The notes beneath the pieces are model-generated. The model saw nothing but the letters and a program-made list of their open reading frames with translations. It did not search any database and was not told where the DNA came from. This document shows, in pieces, positions 28,468 to 37,349 of a stretch of DNA of 64,000 nt. The stretch covers positions 37,863 to 101,862 of IMG/VR virus record IMGVR_UViG_3300020048_003367; one strand, written 5' to 3'. The DNA comes from a virus. The position numbers and the translations under genes are program-made. The stretch's first letter is position 1. Each line of letters begins with the position of its first letter.

Positions 28468-29604
28468 TTAGCAGTTCCACTTGCGCAGGGCCAGGGCCTT
28501 GCGAGTTGGTTTGCCGTTGGGTTTTTTCATTGGTCCCTTGACGCCCGACATTCTTGCACAGAATGATTTGCGGCGCTTGGCTGCTTTTGATCCTGGCTTG
28601 AGTTTGCTTGGCTTGGTGGTCACGGCCATTTGTAATTTGCTGCCAGGATTCTCTCTGCGATAGCTAGCAACGCCTTTGGCATTTAGTCCACCCTTGGCGC
28701 TCTTGCCTGCTTTGCGGCGCCATGCGGCGGTTTCGAATAGTATTTGATCGTCTAGTCGTTCAAGTGTTTCCCATACTTGATCAACGCTGACTTGATCTTC
28801 TTGTGCCAGTTCTTCTGCTAGTGATTCCATGGCTTCAAACATCTCGTCAATTTCAGGATCTACTTCTTCTGAGTCTTCTTCACTCTCCATGTAATCCCAA
28901 ACAGCCACCAGCATTGACTTGGCCACTGCAATCTTTTCTTGACACCATTCGGGCAAGTTGTCACCGGTTTGAATTAGATCATCAATGCCTGCTACAGCAC
29001 GTTCCAATGTTTCAAGATTGTTGTCGGCCATGCCTGCTTCGTCATTGTATTCGGCGTTGTAGCCTTCCGACACGGATTCATCCCATTGTTTCTTTTCTGC
29101 GTAACGTTCCATGTCGTCTACTGCTTTTTGTCCGTAACGGTCTTTTACGTATTTTCTAATGTTTATCAAAATGTCGCCGCTTTTGTTTATCTGTCTGACA
29201 TCAGGATGGTTACCGCGTCCTGCCTGCAAATGTTTGCTGTATCTGTCCCAAACTTTCCTAAGACTGTGATCGTCGCCTTCCGCCACACCTTCTTTTTGAT
29301 AGTGATTTTTGAATAATGAATTACATTTTGGACAACGATCTTGTTCCGGAGTTGCAGCAAATGTTCTCAAACCAACACCAGTATCTCTACCAGGATGATC
29401 TGCTAAACCATGTTTAGGTGTTTTTAGATGAACTTTATCGCCGGAGCCTTCCGCCACACCTTGCTCTACTGATTCAGCAGGCACACAGTTGTTGACTCTG
29501 ACCCCGCCCTTGACCTTGGTCTTGGGGTTGCCAATCTTTTTGCCTGTCCAGCATTTGGGGTCCAAGCGAACTTTTTCTTCGGTTTTAATTTCGTTAAATT
29601 TCAT
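28468..29604 (-). CDS. modular putative internal head protein (CW..G..VNNCV module, GVAEG cassette, basic C-terminal domain)
   Basis: MKFNEIKTEE N-terminus; two GVAEG repeats; AAWRRKAGKSAKGGLNAKG...RRKSFCARM...ALRKWNC tail. Confidence 0.7.
   Translation of the reverse strand: MKFNEIKTEEKVRLDPKCWTGKKIGNPKTKVKGGVRVNNCVPAESVEQGVAEGSGDKVHLKTPKHGLADHPGRDTGVGLRTFAATPEQDRCPKCNSLFKNHYQKEGVAEGDDHSLRKVWDRYSKHLQAGRGNHPDVRQINKSGDILINIRKYVKDRYGQKAVDDMERYAEKKQWDESVSEGYNAEYNDEAGMADNNLETLERAVAGIDDLIQTGDNLPEWCQEKIAVAKSMLVAVWDYMESEEDSEEVDPEIDEMFEAMESLAEELAQEDQVSVDQVWETLERLDDQILFETAAWRRKAGKSAKGGLNAKGVASYRRENPGSKLQMAVTTKPSKLKPGSKAAKRRKSFCARMSGVKGPMKKPNGKPTRKALALRKWNC
29277..29461 (-). repeat. two copies of the 14-bp direct repeat CTTCCGCCACACCT
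   Basis: exact copies at 29277 and 29448, 171 bp apart. Confidence 0.95.
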
Positions 29605-29870
29605 TTGTTAACACTCTCGTGAATTTTCTTTTGCTGACCATACCAGTCTTGCCAGCCGTGAGTCTTTTCTGCACACTGATAGTACAGTGCATAGTTTTGT
29701 ATAACAACTTTTAGCATGTCTCGCATGCTGTTTTTACCATCATCAATTGTGAGTAAATCAGGGCAGCGCTCTAGCAGTGCAGCAGGAGCAACAGGGAATT
29801 CTTGGCGAACAGGCACAGGGGTTGAACATGCACTCAGCCACAACACCAGGCTCAACAAAACATATTTCAT
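29601..29870 (-). CDS. o-spanin (Rz1-like lipoprotein)
   Basis: lipobox LSAC, Pro-rich region, two further Cys. Confidence 0.8.
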   Translation of the reverse strand: MKYVLLSLVLWLSACSTPVPVRQEFPVAPAALLERCPDLLTIDDGKNSMRDMLKVVIQNYALYYQCAEKTHGWQDWYGQQKKIHESVNK

Positions 29871-30334
29871 TTGCGAGCCTTTCTTGCAGCCTCAATAGCT
29901 TGGTTCATTCGTGCAGCTTCGTTATGAACGTCTATAGCTTCTTGTGGCACAGGGCAAGCGGATTCTACTGGTACCATGACCTCAACACGCTGAATGATGG
30001 CGTCGCCTTTTTCACGGATCACTTGAGTCCGAGTCACAACTTTTTGTTGAATCACTGTGTTGACTTTTTCACTTTGTTCTTGTGCTGTTTTTAACTGAGC
30101 TTCAAGCTGCACCACACGTTCACGCCATTCGGCTTCCACAGCATAGCCGCCGCGAAAGTACACTCCCAGGGTCAACAGTGCAATGCCAATGACTTTGAAC
30201 GGCAACTGATATTGATACAGGAAAGGCAATCTGTGTATGAAAAATCCTGCCAAGGTCAGCACAAAGCCAACCAAGAGCAGGATATTGCAAAACCAAAGAA
30301 TCAAGCTGTTAGGAAGAAGTTGTAATAGCCACAT
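29867..30334 (-). CDS. i-spanin (Rz-like)
   Basis: N-terminal TM helices, coiled coil, C-terminal Cys; adjacent to o-spanin. Confidence 0.75.
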   Translation of the reverse strand: MWLLQLLPNSLILWFCNILLLVGFVLTLAGFFIHRLPFLYQYQLPFKVIGIALLTLGVYFRGGYAVEAEWRERVVQLEAQLKTAQEQSEKVNTVIQQKVVTRTQVIREKGDAIIQRVEVMVPVESACPVPQEAIDVHNEAARMNQAIEAARKARK

Positions 30335-30342
30335 GCAGATAT

Positions 30343-30546
30343 TTAGCTTCGGCCCCACCTAACTTGATTCCAAATTCGTTCATGCACAAAGTACAGCACT
30401 GTGTTAGCAACCAACTGAATCATTGCTATTGTGCTAGCCATGGCAAAATTACCAGCAATAAACCAAGCAATCAAGAATGTGGCCCCCGAGCCAGTGATTC
30501 TCCAGCTCAGGGTTTTGACAACACTGCGCCAGGTGGTGTCTTTCAT
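30343..30546 (-). CDS. DUF2061-type small membrane protein
   Basis: RSVVKTLSWR...YFVHERIW. Confidence 0.75.
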   Translation of the reverse strand: MKDTTWRSVVKTLSWRITGSGATFLIAWFIAGNFAMASTIAMIQLVANTVLYFVHERIWNQVRWGRS

Positions 30547-31340
30547 AGGCCCATTTTCTTGCGAATTTTAGTAGCACTTATTGCATGAGTGGCGTCATCA
30601 AACACTTCTTGGTCAATTTTGTAACCTACATCTCGCCCATAGGTTATGTTCACAATGTTAGGCACCACTTGTATTTCGTACTGCCCTTGGTACACAGGGT
30701 CCAGATCTCTGCGTATATAATTCTTTACCTGTTCAATTGCAAACGGATTCGACCCTTGCCAACCTTGACAATCACGGAGTTGAATTATTACTTGCCCTGT
30801 TTTAACAATAGCACGTTCAAAAAGCGCACGATGTCCCTCATGCCATGGTTGCCAGCGTCCTAGCATTTGTACTGTTTCTGCTTGCCAATCAAACACTGGT
30901 CTGCGACGATTGTCTAGTATGTGTGCTGCAACAAATTCTCCCCATTTTTCGCCGTGCTGTTCTGTGATTCTAAAGTCATACACTTCTGGTGGAACGAAGG
31001 CTTTGTTGGTATCTTCGAAGCGGCCTGCATCAATTGTGTCAACCCATACGGTCCAGTCTGCTTTGAAGTTGTTGCGCATTTCTACCAGTGGTGCAACAAA
31101 GTCACATATAACAAAGTCACATTCTGTCATGGCATCTGCTAGTTCACGCATGCGATGGCTTTGACGGATACGACCTTCTGTGCTAAAGTCCCAATCGTTG
31201 TATTTTTTACGTACATCGTCAGCATTCAGCCATCCTACACGTTTCTTTTCAGCTTGTAAATGGTCAACAATGTGTTGTGCCAAATAAGTTTTACCTGCGC
31301 CAGGCAAGCCCATTACCAATATTCTTTGTGGAGTTTTCAT
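30543..31340 (-). CDS. adenylylsulfate kinase-like P-loop domain fused to a cytidyltransferase-like domain
   Basis: GLPGAGKT, NADDVR, GRWQPWHEGH. Confidence 0.8.
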   Translation of the reverse strand: MKTPQRILVMGLPGAGKTYLAQHIVDHLQAEKKRVGWLNADDVRKKYNDWDFSTEGRIRQSHRMRELADAMTECDFVICDFVAPLVEMRNNFKADWTVWVDTIDAGRFEDTNKAFVPPEVYDFRITEQHGEKWGEFVAAHILDNRRRPVFDWQAETVQMLGRWQPWHEGHRALFERAIVKTGQVIIQLRDCQGWQGSNPFAIEQVKNYIRRDLDPVYQGQYEIQVVPNIVNITYGRDVGYKIDQEVFDDATHAISATKIRKKMGL

Positions 31341-31987
31341 AGTAAACTATTTAAGAACTCAGTCGTGGCTGATGTTTTAATTCCAGTAATTTGCAGTGTT
31401 ACTCTAGGAACATGCCCAGCATTAGCAGTAGCATGCGGTACATTGATCCAGTCAAAAGTACTAACGTCTCCAGCCCGCCAGCCTGCCCAGTTGTAGTTGC
31501 CATAACTCCAGAAATGCCCAGGTTGCCAGTCTGTAAGCTGCACAAAGTATCGCGCCACCCGACAGGGGTCTGCAGGCATCCATTTTTCCAGCTTGTCCAA
31601 GTGTAGGTTCCAAGTCTGCCCGGGACGCTGTACGTGAATTCGAGCCATGCTTTTGTCTAAAGCAAACTGATCAGCAATCTGCTGAAACACCGGTGCTAGG
31701 TTGTAGTTCAAGTCTGTGACTATGTGATCCTGTCCATAACCTTGCTGTTCTAGATCATAATCTTCTTGATCGTATTCTTCTGACGCACGTTTTAGTGGAT
31801 CGTTGTCTCGACCACGAGTGCGCCAAGTCACTGGTATTGCTGCTGCGATAGCAGTAGATAGTTCTGCATGCCAGCAGGGTTCAATGTGTCCCAGATGTTG
31901 CACAGTATCCCAACGTGTGTCCATTTTTGAATTATCAAAATGATATTGGCTGCGTTGTTTGGTTAGTTCCCAGTTGCTTTGTGTCAT
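31337..31987 (-). CDS. 2OG-Fe(II) dioxygenase-like protein
   Basis: HLD...PHATAN...R.TLQITG facial-triad pattern. Confidence 0.7.
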   Translation of the reverse strand: MTQSNWELTKQRSQYHFDNSKMDTRWDTVQHLGHIEPCWHAELSTAIAAAIPVTWRTRGRDNDPLKRASEEYDQEDYDLEQQGYGQDHIVTDLNYNLAPVFQQIADQFALDKSMARIHVQRPGQTWNLHLDKLEKWMPADPCRVARYFVQLTDWQPGHFWSYGNYNWAGWRAGDVSTFDWINVPHATANAGHVPRVTLQITGIKTSATTEFLNSLL

Positions 31988-32604
31988 ATTACAGTGATCT
32001 TTATGTCTGTGGCCATGTAGTCTTGGCGATATTCTGGCGGAGGATCTTGCAGCCCTAGCAATCTACTCAATTGCAAGTTTGTTTCTACCACAGTGCCGGG
32101 CCATTCGCGAGCACCGCGGCGATTGCCTTCATTTTCTCTACCGATGCACTGTGCCATCTGACGCAGATCTCGATAGTAGTCTCGGTACAAGGGGTACGAA
32201 ATATCAAACTCCCCGCACTTGACCCACCAACCCAGGCAAGCATCATCTGAACGATCTACTAGCACAATGGGGCAGTCCGGCCATGTTTGTTTTATATAGT
32301 CTAAATGATATCCAAACACATGACTTTTAATGATACGAACACCCGTGCCCGAAAATGGACGATCAAACTCAGCTTCATTTTCTTGTTTGCTGCGCTGATC
32401 TAGAGTTTCAAACCAATCCCCAAACTCCATGGCTGGTCCCCAGTAAACACCCATGTGCATCAGTTGCATTTCGCCTGCTGCGTCATGATAGTATTCTCTA
32501 GCAGGGCTAGCGTCTGAACTGTCGATACTGGCACTGTAATAAATGTTTTTAACAACACTGCTCCATTTAGATCCCGGAGCACCAGATACAAAGATATATT
32601 TCAT
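31984..32604 (-). CDS. P-loop/sulfotransferase-like hypothetical protein
   Basis: SGAPGSKWS and IIKSH motifs. Confidence 0.5.
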   Translation of the reverse strand: MKYIFVSGAPGSKWSSVVKNIYYSASIDSSDASPAREYYHDAAGEMQLMHMGVYWGPAMEFGDWFETLDQRSKQENEAEFDRPFSGTGVRIIKSHVFGYHLDYIKQTWPDCPIVLVDRSDDACLGWWVKCGEFDISYPLYRDYYRDLRQMAQCIGRENEGNRRGAREWPGTVVETNLQLSRLLGLQDPPPEYRQDYMATDIKITVI

Positions 32605-32609
32605 AATGA

Positions 32610-33569
32610 TTATTTGTTGGGTGAAATTCTACGAGCAATAGGTTGCCAGGTTTGTTGCAGTCGTGCCATGCTGGCTCTAACACCAGCTGGGGTGTGTTCT
32701 GCAGGAGTGATGTACATCATGTTTTCACGAAACTTGGCAGCAGCTTCAGCTGAACGAATTGCTGGCACAAATTGATCATGGTACCAAGTTTGAATTTCTT
32801 GTGGAGTTCCTGGTGGCAACGTCATGTTCCAGCAACCGTGAATGCTGAGCCCAGGTGCTGCCTTGCTCATTAGTGGCACATGTTCCAGTCCTGGCAAGGG
32901 TCTAGTATCAGCAATGCCAATAAACTTCAGTTTGCCTGCTTGCACATGCGGATAACCCACTGCCACAGGAGTTACACCAAATTCCACATGCCCGCCCATG
33001 ACATCTAGCAGTGCTTGTGCAGGTCCTTTGTACATGACCGTTTGCAACTGATCACCGTTGGGAACGTTGAGTTTGTCCACTAGATATTCTACAGCCAGCT
33101 TGTGTCCACCACCGCCAATCGCCACAGTGATCTTTTCACGTTTGCGAATTGCTGCCACAAACTCTTCAGGTGTGTTGATTTTGCTTTTGGGATGTGCCCA
33201 AAACGCTAGTGGACTGCGGGCAATGTTGGCAATGGGCTCCAGATCCATGGGATTGTACTTGATCATGTTGGAGTACCATATTTCAGGAGTTACCCAATTT
33301 GATTGGCAAGCAGGTACACTAATGGTGTGTCCATCTCGGGGCACAGTCACAAAGTGGTTGATAGCAATGTTGCCGTCAGCACCTGGACGATATTCAGGCA
33401 CAAATTTGGCACCAGTCTTTCGTTCCACAATGTCTGCTACGATCCGAAATGAGATTTCGTTGCCGGCGCCGGGACCATTGGGGAATATAACTGTGACTGG
33501 TTTTGTGGGTTGCCAAGCAAATGCTAATGCAGGCACCATGAGCAAAGTTAGTAGAAATTTTTTGATCAT
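32610..33569 (-). CDS. tripartite tricarboxylate transporter substrate-binding protein (Bug/TctC)
   Basis: signal peptide, WQPTKPV, PGADGNIA, YKGPAQALLDVMGGHV, PPGTP. Confidence 0.88.
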   Translation of the reverse strand: MIKKFLLTLLMVPALAFAWQPTKPVTVIFPNGPGAGNEISFRIVADIVERKTGAKFVPEYRPGADGNIAINHFVTVPRDGHTISVPACQSNWVTPEIWYSNMIKYNPMDLEPIANIARSPLAFWAHPKSKINTPEEFVAAIRKREKITVAIGGGGHKLAVEYLVDKLNVPNGDQLQTVMYKGPAQALLDVMGGHVEFGVTPVAVGYPHVQAGKLKFIGIADTRPLPGLEHVPLMSKAAPGLSIHGCWNMTLPPGTPQEIQTWYHDQFVPAIRSAEAAAKFRENMMYITPAEHTPAGVRASMARLQQTWQPIARRISPNK

Positions 33570-33624
33570 CTTGTAGACTCCTTAAATAGTATTTGAAAAT
33601 CTAACTTATATATCAAAATTTCTT

Positions 33625-34359
33625 ATGAACACCAAAATTTTTAACCTAATTACAAAAAATTTGCAAGAGGCATTTAATTTGCCCAAGTATGCAAATATTT
33701 TGATTGACGCAGATACCGTGGTCAATTCATTACCGTGGACCCCGGCACGTTACTCAAAGTTCAAGGATGCAGTAGAAGCAGAGCTTGCTTTGCCTTGCGA
33801 GTATCGCGGAACACTGAAAGAAATTGTTGCGGATCTAAGCGAGCGTTATACGCATCGTTTCTTTTCAGAGATTTGGCGTCCAAGAACAGGTGAGTATGAT
33901 CACTCAGGTTGGGCCTTGGTAGAAGAAGTCAACAAGCTGAACCCTGAACGGGTCTTGGATGTAGGCTGTGGATACCACCCATTCAAAGGACGTATCAACA
34001 ACATCACTGGCATTGATCCCTACAATGACGCTGCTGACTATGAAGTTGATATCTTGGACTACAAGGTAAAACCTCAAAGTCATGATGTTGTGATTGCCCT
34101 GGGCAGTATCAACTTCAACAGCAGAGATGAAATTGAACAGCGTTTTGCTCACTGTGTGGAATTGTTGAAACCTGGCGGCAAGTTCTTTTTGCGAGCCAAC
34201 CCAGGTATCTCACACAAGACAGGTCCGTATGTGGATATCTTTCCTTGGAGTTTTGAAGTTGTGAATGACTTTGCTGAAAAGTACAATCTGCGTTTGGACA
34301 CATTCAAAAAAGAACCTACCGAACTGGGTAGGTTGTATTTTGTGTATACTAGACTTTAA
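33625..34359 (+). CDS. class I SAM-dependent methyltransferase with small helical N-terminal domain
   Basis: VLDVGCG, GIDP, LKPGGK. Confidence 0.85.
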   Translation: MNTKIFNLITKNLQEAFNLPKYANILIDADTVVNSLPWTPARYSKFKDAVEAELALPCEYRGTLKEIVADLSERYTHRFFSEIWRPRTGEYDHSGWALVEEVNKLNPERVLDVGCGYHPFKGRINNITGIDPYNDAADYEVDILDYKVKPQSHDVVIALGSINFNSRDEIEQRFAHCVELLKPGGKFFLRANPGISHKTGPYVDIFPWSFEVVNDFAEKYNLRLDTFKKEPTELGRLYFVYTRL

Positions 34360-34715
34360 CGCCCAGCCACTGCTAGTGCAGCACCTTTGTTGAAACTGGG
34401 GCTGTACGGGCTAGTGCCTGAACTAAGGCTATTACGCTTGCTCCAGTCATATCCTGCTCTATGACCTGAGCAGTCCTTGGTACATTGTGATCCTAGAAAG
34501 CTGAGTTCTTTCAGTTGTTCACGTGTCCATTTGTCGGGGATCACACCGTGTTTGGCCACAAACTTGTCGTGTAGTTGTTTGCCAGTGATACCGTGATCGC
34601 GGGCAATGGTTTGCATCATGTGATCAATTGCGCTGTAACTTTTGGGATCATCAAGATCTTTTTCAAGCTTTTCCACAGCGCCTTCTTTCAAATATGCAAA
34701 CTCGCTGGCTCTCAC
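34356..34715 (-). CDS. putative internal head protein
   Basis: MRASEFAYLKE N-terminus; CTKDCSGHRAGY module after LKE. Confidence 0.65.
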   Translation of the reverse strand: MRASEFAYLKEGAVEKLEKDLDDPKSYSAIDHMMQTIARDHGITGKQLHDKFVAKHGVIPDKWTREQLKELSFLGSQCTKDCSGHRAGYDWSKRNSLSSGTSPYSPSFNKGAALAVAGR

Positions 34716-34819
34716 ACCGTTTCCTTTAGCTGACGACGATACTCTGCTAGTGCCGCTGTTAATGACTCTGCTTCAATGATATAGGTCTTGTCACCTGACT
34801 TGAATGTGTATGTTCTCAT
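34712..34819 (-). CDS. 35 aa hypothetical protein (absent from ORF track)
   Basis: MRTYTFKSGDKTYIIEAES...; overlaps both neighbours by 4 nt. Confidence 0.5.
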   Translation of the reverse strand: MRTYTFKSGDKTYIIEAESLTAALAEYRRQLKETV

Positions 34820-36777
34820 TTTTTAGGTTGTTGTGCTGTGGGTACGTTACGATACACACGCTTGTTGGGATCATATACTGTTTTCATGGGGCCAGCACCA
34901 GCCAATTGCTTGAGGCGGGCCATTGCTGCATCAAAACGATCAGCGTCCATGTTTCCAACTTTTTCGCCTTCGTCCAAGCCATCAGTTTGTGTAGCACCTT
35001 CGCCGTCGGCATCAAAAGCTACCATTTCTACTTTGGGCCACATACGTGCAGGCACATACAGAATACCCGAAGTTTCGTCATGATCGATCTGGTCGCCAAA
35101 GCGAGCCATTACTGCATTGTATGCCCGTTCACTGTTGACGCTAAAGCCCACGGTGTCAGTATCGTCGATACCGCTGTATCCGCCTTCCGCCACACCTTGA
35201 TCGTCTTTGTTCGCCACCTGGCCATAGCCGCGCTGTCTCATTTCACGGTCAATTACTTTATCAACAAATGCTCCCGCTGAATTTTTTCTTGGCTTTGATT
35301 GGTCTTTTCTTGATGCGACAAAATTTGCAAGGCGTTGTCCGTCCATGTTCTTAAATGCCGACACTGCGCCTGACGGCGTAACCATGTCAGGTGCAGCACC
35401 TACGCCCCAACCTTGTGAGGCACGCTTGATGCCTTTTACAACATCACCGAAGCCTTCCGCCACACCTTGCTTTGGTTTGTATTTCTCTGCTTGCTGTAGA
35501 TGATGTTCCTTGGCTCTGCCTTTAGAGATTTTAGCGGCAGATAAATGATGGTGATATAACTCATCTCTACTAGTCGGTACGCCTGGATGTTGATCCAAGC
35601 CTTCCGCCACACCTTTGATAGTATAGTCTGGACGACTGCGACCTGTTTCTTGATGTAGGTCTTTGAGTGCTTCTATGGCTTCTTCCCTACTGTCGATAAA
35701 ATCATATCCACGGTCTGCACGATAATGAAAGGCGCCCCAACTATTACCATCTTGGTAAATCTCACCAACTGGCTTGCCATTTTTTGACTTGATTACTTCT
35801 GCGTTGGGGTAGATAGTATCGTTCGAGCCTTCCGCCACACCTGTTAATTTTGGTCTTTTATTGCCCAATGGTGAATCGCCGCGGCGTTGGACAATTCTGT
35901 ATGTTCCCATGCCTGTGTCTTCAACATCGGCACCATACATAGTAGCAATTTGTCTAGCAATCTTTTTATCATTAATAGTCACTAACTGCGGACCAGAGCT
36001 GTCTCCGCTAGTGTTCATCAAGTCGTGTAGATAGTTATACTCGTCTTCGCCATACTTGCTAGGTCTGAAATCACCTCTCCGAACTCTGGTATGATATCCT
36101 TCTTTGTCTGTGTCTTCCGCCACACCTTGCTCATTCATGGCCTCCCAATCTTCGTGACTGATGTAGAAGTCACTGTCAGGATCGTAGTATTTGCCTTCTT
36201 GCTTGTCGTAGTACACAACTTTACCACTCTTGGTATGGAATGGACCTTCTAGTCCCGGGCGCTCTGTATAACGTTCTCGATCAATATCAGGAACAACTTG
36301 ATATCCTTCTGCTACAGACTTTTCCCGCATGGCAGCACGAACTTCTGCACGAGTCTTGCCGTACTTGCGCTTAAACTCTTCTTCACTCATGGTTTTGTCT
36401 CGAAGATCTTGACTCAACTCTTTGACTTTACCTTCGGTGACCTGTTGTTCGCCGGGGCCATACGCAGTGATCACGATGTTGCCCCGAAGTTCGGGCTGTT
36501 GTTTCAACAATTCCAACGCTGCTGCATTGGCTGCTGCTTTGCCAGCGAATGCATCACTGATATGTTCTTGTGAGTCTTTTTGCTTGAGCCAGAAACGTCC
36601 AGTCTCGGCATACTGCTGGCGAGAATTGTTGTCAGCACGAATTCGTGCATCAATTTCTTCACTGCCAGCAGGCTCACGTTCACGTTCCAGTCGCCCACGT
36701 TGAGTGGCGTCCATACTTTGTTGTTCTGGATCTGTGTGCCAGTTAGTGCCTTCGTTGAATAATTGATTGAGTCTCAT
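34816..36777 (-). CDS. modular putative internal head polyprotein with five GVAE repeats
   Basis: MRLNQLFNE N-terminus; short unrelated modules separated by GVAE(G/D). Confidence 0.75.
   Translation of the reverse strand: MRLNQLFNEGTNWHTDPEQQSMDATQRGRLEREREPAGSEEIDARIRADNNSRQQYAETGRFWLKQKDSQEHISDAFAGKAAANAAALELLKQQPELRGNIVITAYGPGEQQVTEGKVKELSQDLRDKTMSEEEFKRKYGKTRAEVRAAMREKSVAEGYQVVPDIDRERYTERPGLEGPFHTKSGKVVYYDKQEGKYYDPDSDFYISHEDWEAMNEQGVAEDTDKEGYHTRVRRGDFRPSKYGEDEYNYLHDLMNTSGDSSGPQLVTINDKKIARQIATMYGADVEDTGMGTYRIVQRRGDSPLGNKRPKLTGVAEGSNDTIYPNAEVIKSKNGKPVGEIYQDGNSWGAFHYRADRGYDFIDSREEAIEALKDLHQETGRSRPDYTIKGVAEGLDQHPGVPTSRDELYHHHLSAAKISKGRAKEHHLQQAEKYKPKQGVAEGFGDVVKGIKRASQGWGVGAAPDMVTPSGAVSAFKNMDGQRLANFVASRKDQSKPRKNSAGAFVDKVIDREMRQRGYGQVANKDDQGVAEGGYSGIDDTDTVGFSVNSERAYNAVMARFGDQIDHDETSGILYVPARMWPKVEMVAFDADGEGATQTDGLDEGEKVGNMDADRFDAAMARLKQLAGAGPMKTVYDPNKRVYRNVPTAQQPKK
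35184..36127 (-). repeat. five copies of the 14-bp direct repeat CTTCCGCCACACCT
   Basis: exact copies at 35184, 35454, 35601, 35829 and 36114. Confidence 0.95.
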
Positions 36778-37349
36778 TTGATACCTGCTGCTGATTGTAG
36801 TTGTTTTACTAGGTCACTGGGTTCGTGTATTTTTCTAGTTGGCAAACCTGCTGCGGTGCGCCATTCGTTGAGACCTTCTTGATTTTCTTCACGATAGGCA
36901 TTCGGAGTCAATGGGATAGTGTCAGCCATGGTTTCTTCGCTCCAAGGATAGTCTTTTTTGCGATAGGTCATGGTCCAGTCATCTAGCTCGTGTTCAGTCA
37001 AGCTGCTTAAATCATCCAACAAGCGTTGTACGTTACCCGGTACTGTGCTGCGACGCCGCAGTTCCACATATACCAAGTAGCGCCCGGGCTTGATCTCTCC
37101 GGGGCTTCGATCTGCATCCAGCACAAAATCGTAACCTTTTTCAAACCAAGCCATTAGATCTTTGGCAGCTTGCGGGTCACGTACATAGAAACTCAAGACC
37201 ACCACGTCGGCATCATCTCCCATTTTGGCAGCAAATTCATCCACGTGAATGGACGGCTTGATCATGCCCTCCATGTCACGATACTGAAGCCCTTCAAGCA
37301 CTAGTGGCTTGCCGGGATTAAACGGGTTGTTGTAAACTTTGTTGTGCAT
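36774..37349 (-). CDS. hypothetical phage protein
   Basis: 191 aa; FEKGYDFVLDAD; ends QLQSAAGIK. Confidence 0.65.
   Translation of the reverse strand: MHNKVYNNPFNPGKPLVLEGLQYRDMEGMIKPSIHVDEFAAKMGDDADVVVLSFYVRDPQAAKDLMAWFEKGYDFVLDADRSPGEIKPGRYLVYVELRRRSTVPGNVQRLLDDLSSLTEHELDDWTMTYRKKDYPWSEETMADTIPLTPNAYREENQEGLNEWRTAAGLPTRKIHEPSDLVKQLQSAAGIK

Noticed and set aside
35184-36127. CRISPR array interpretation of the 14-16 bp repeats
   Set aside because: The repeat is too short and non-palindromic, spacers are 147-816 bp and in-frame coding, and no cas genes are present.
19977-36127. Repeat as a Chi site or uptake sequence
   Set aside because: It does not match E. coli Chi (GCTGGTGG) and was seen only in one frame of three genes rather than dispersed; a related recombination-hotspot role is not excluded.
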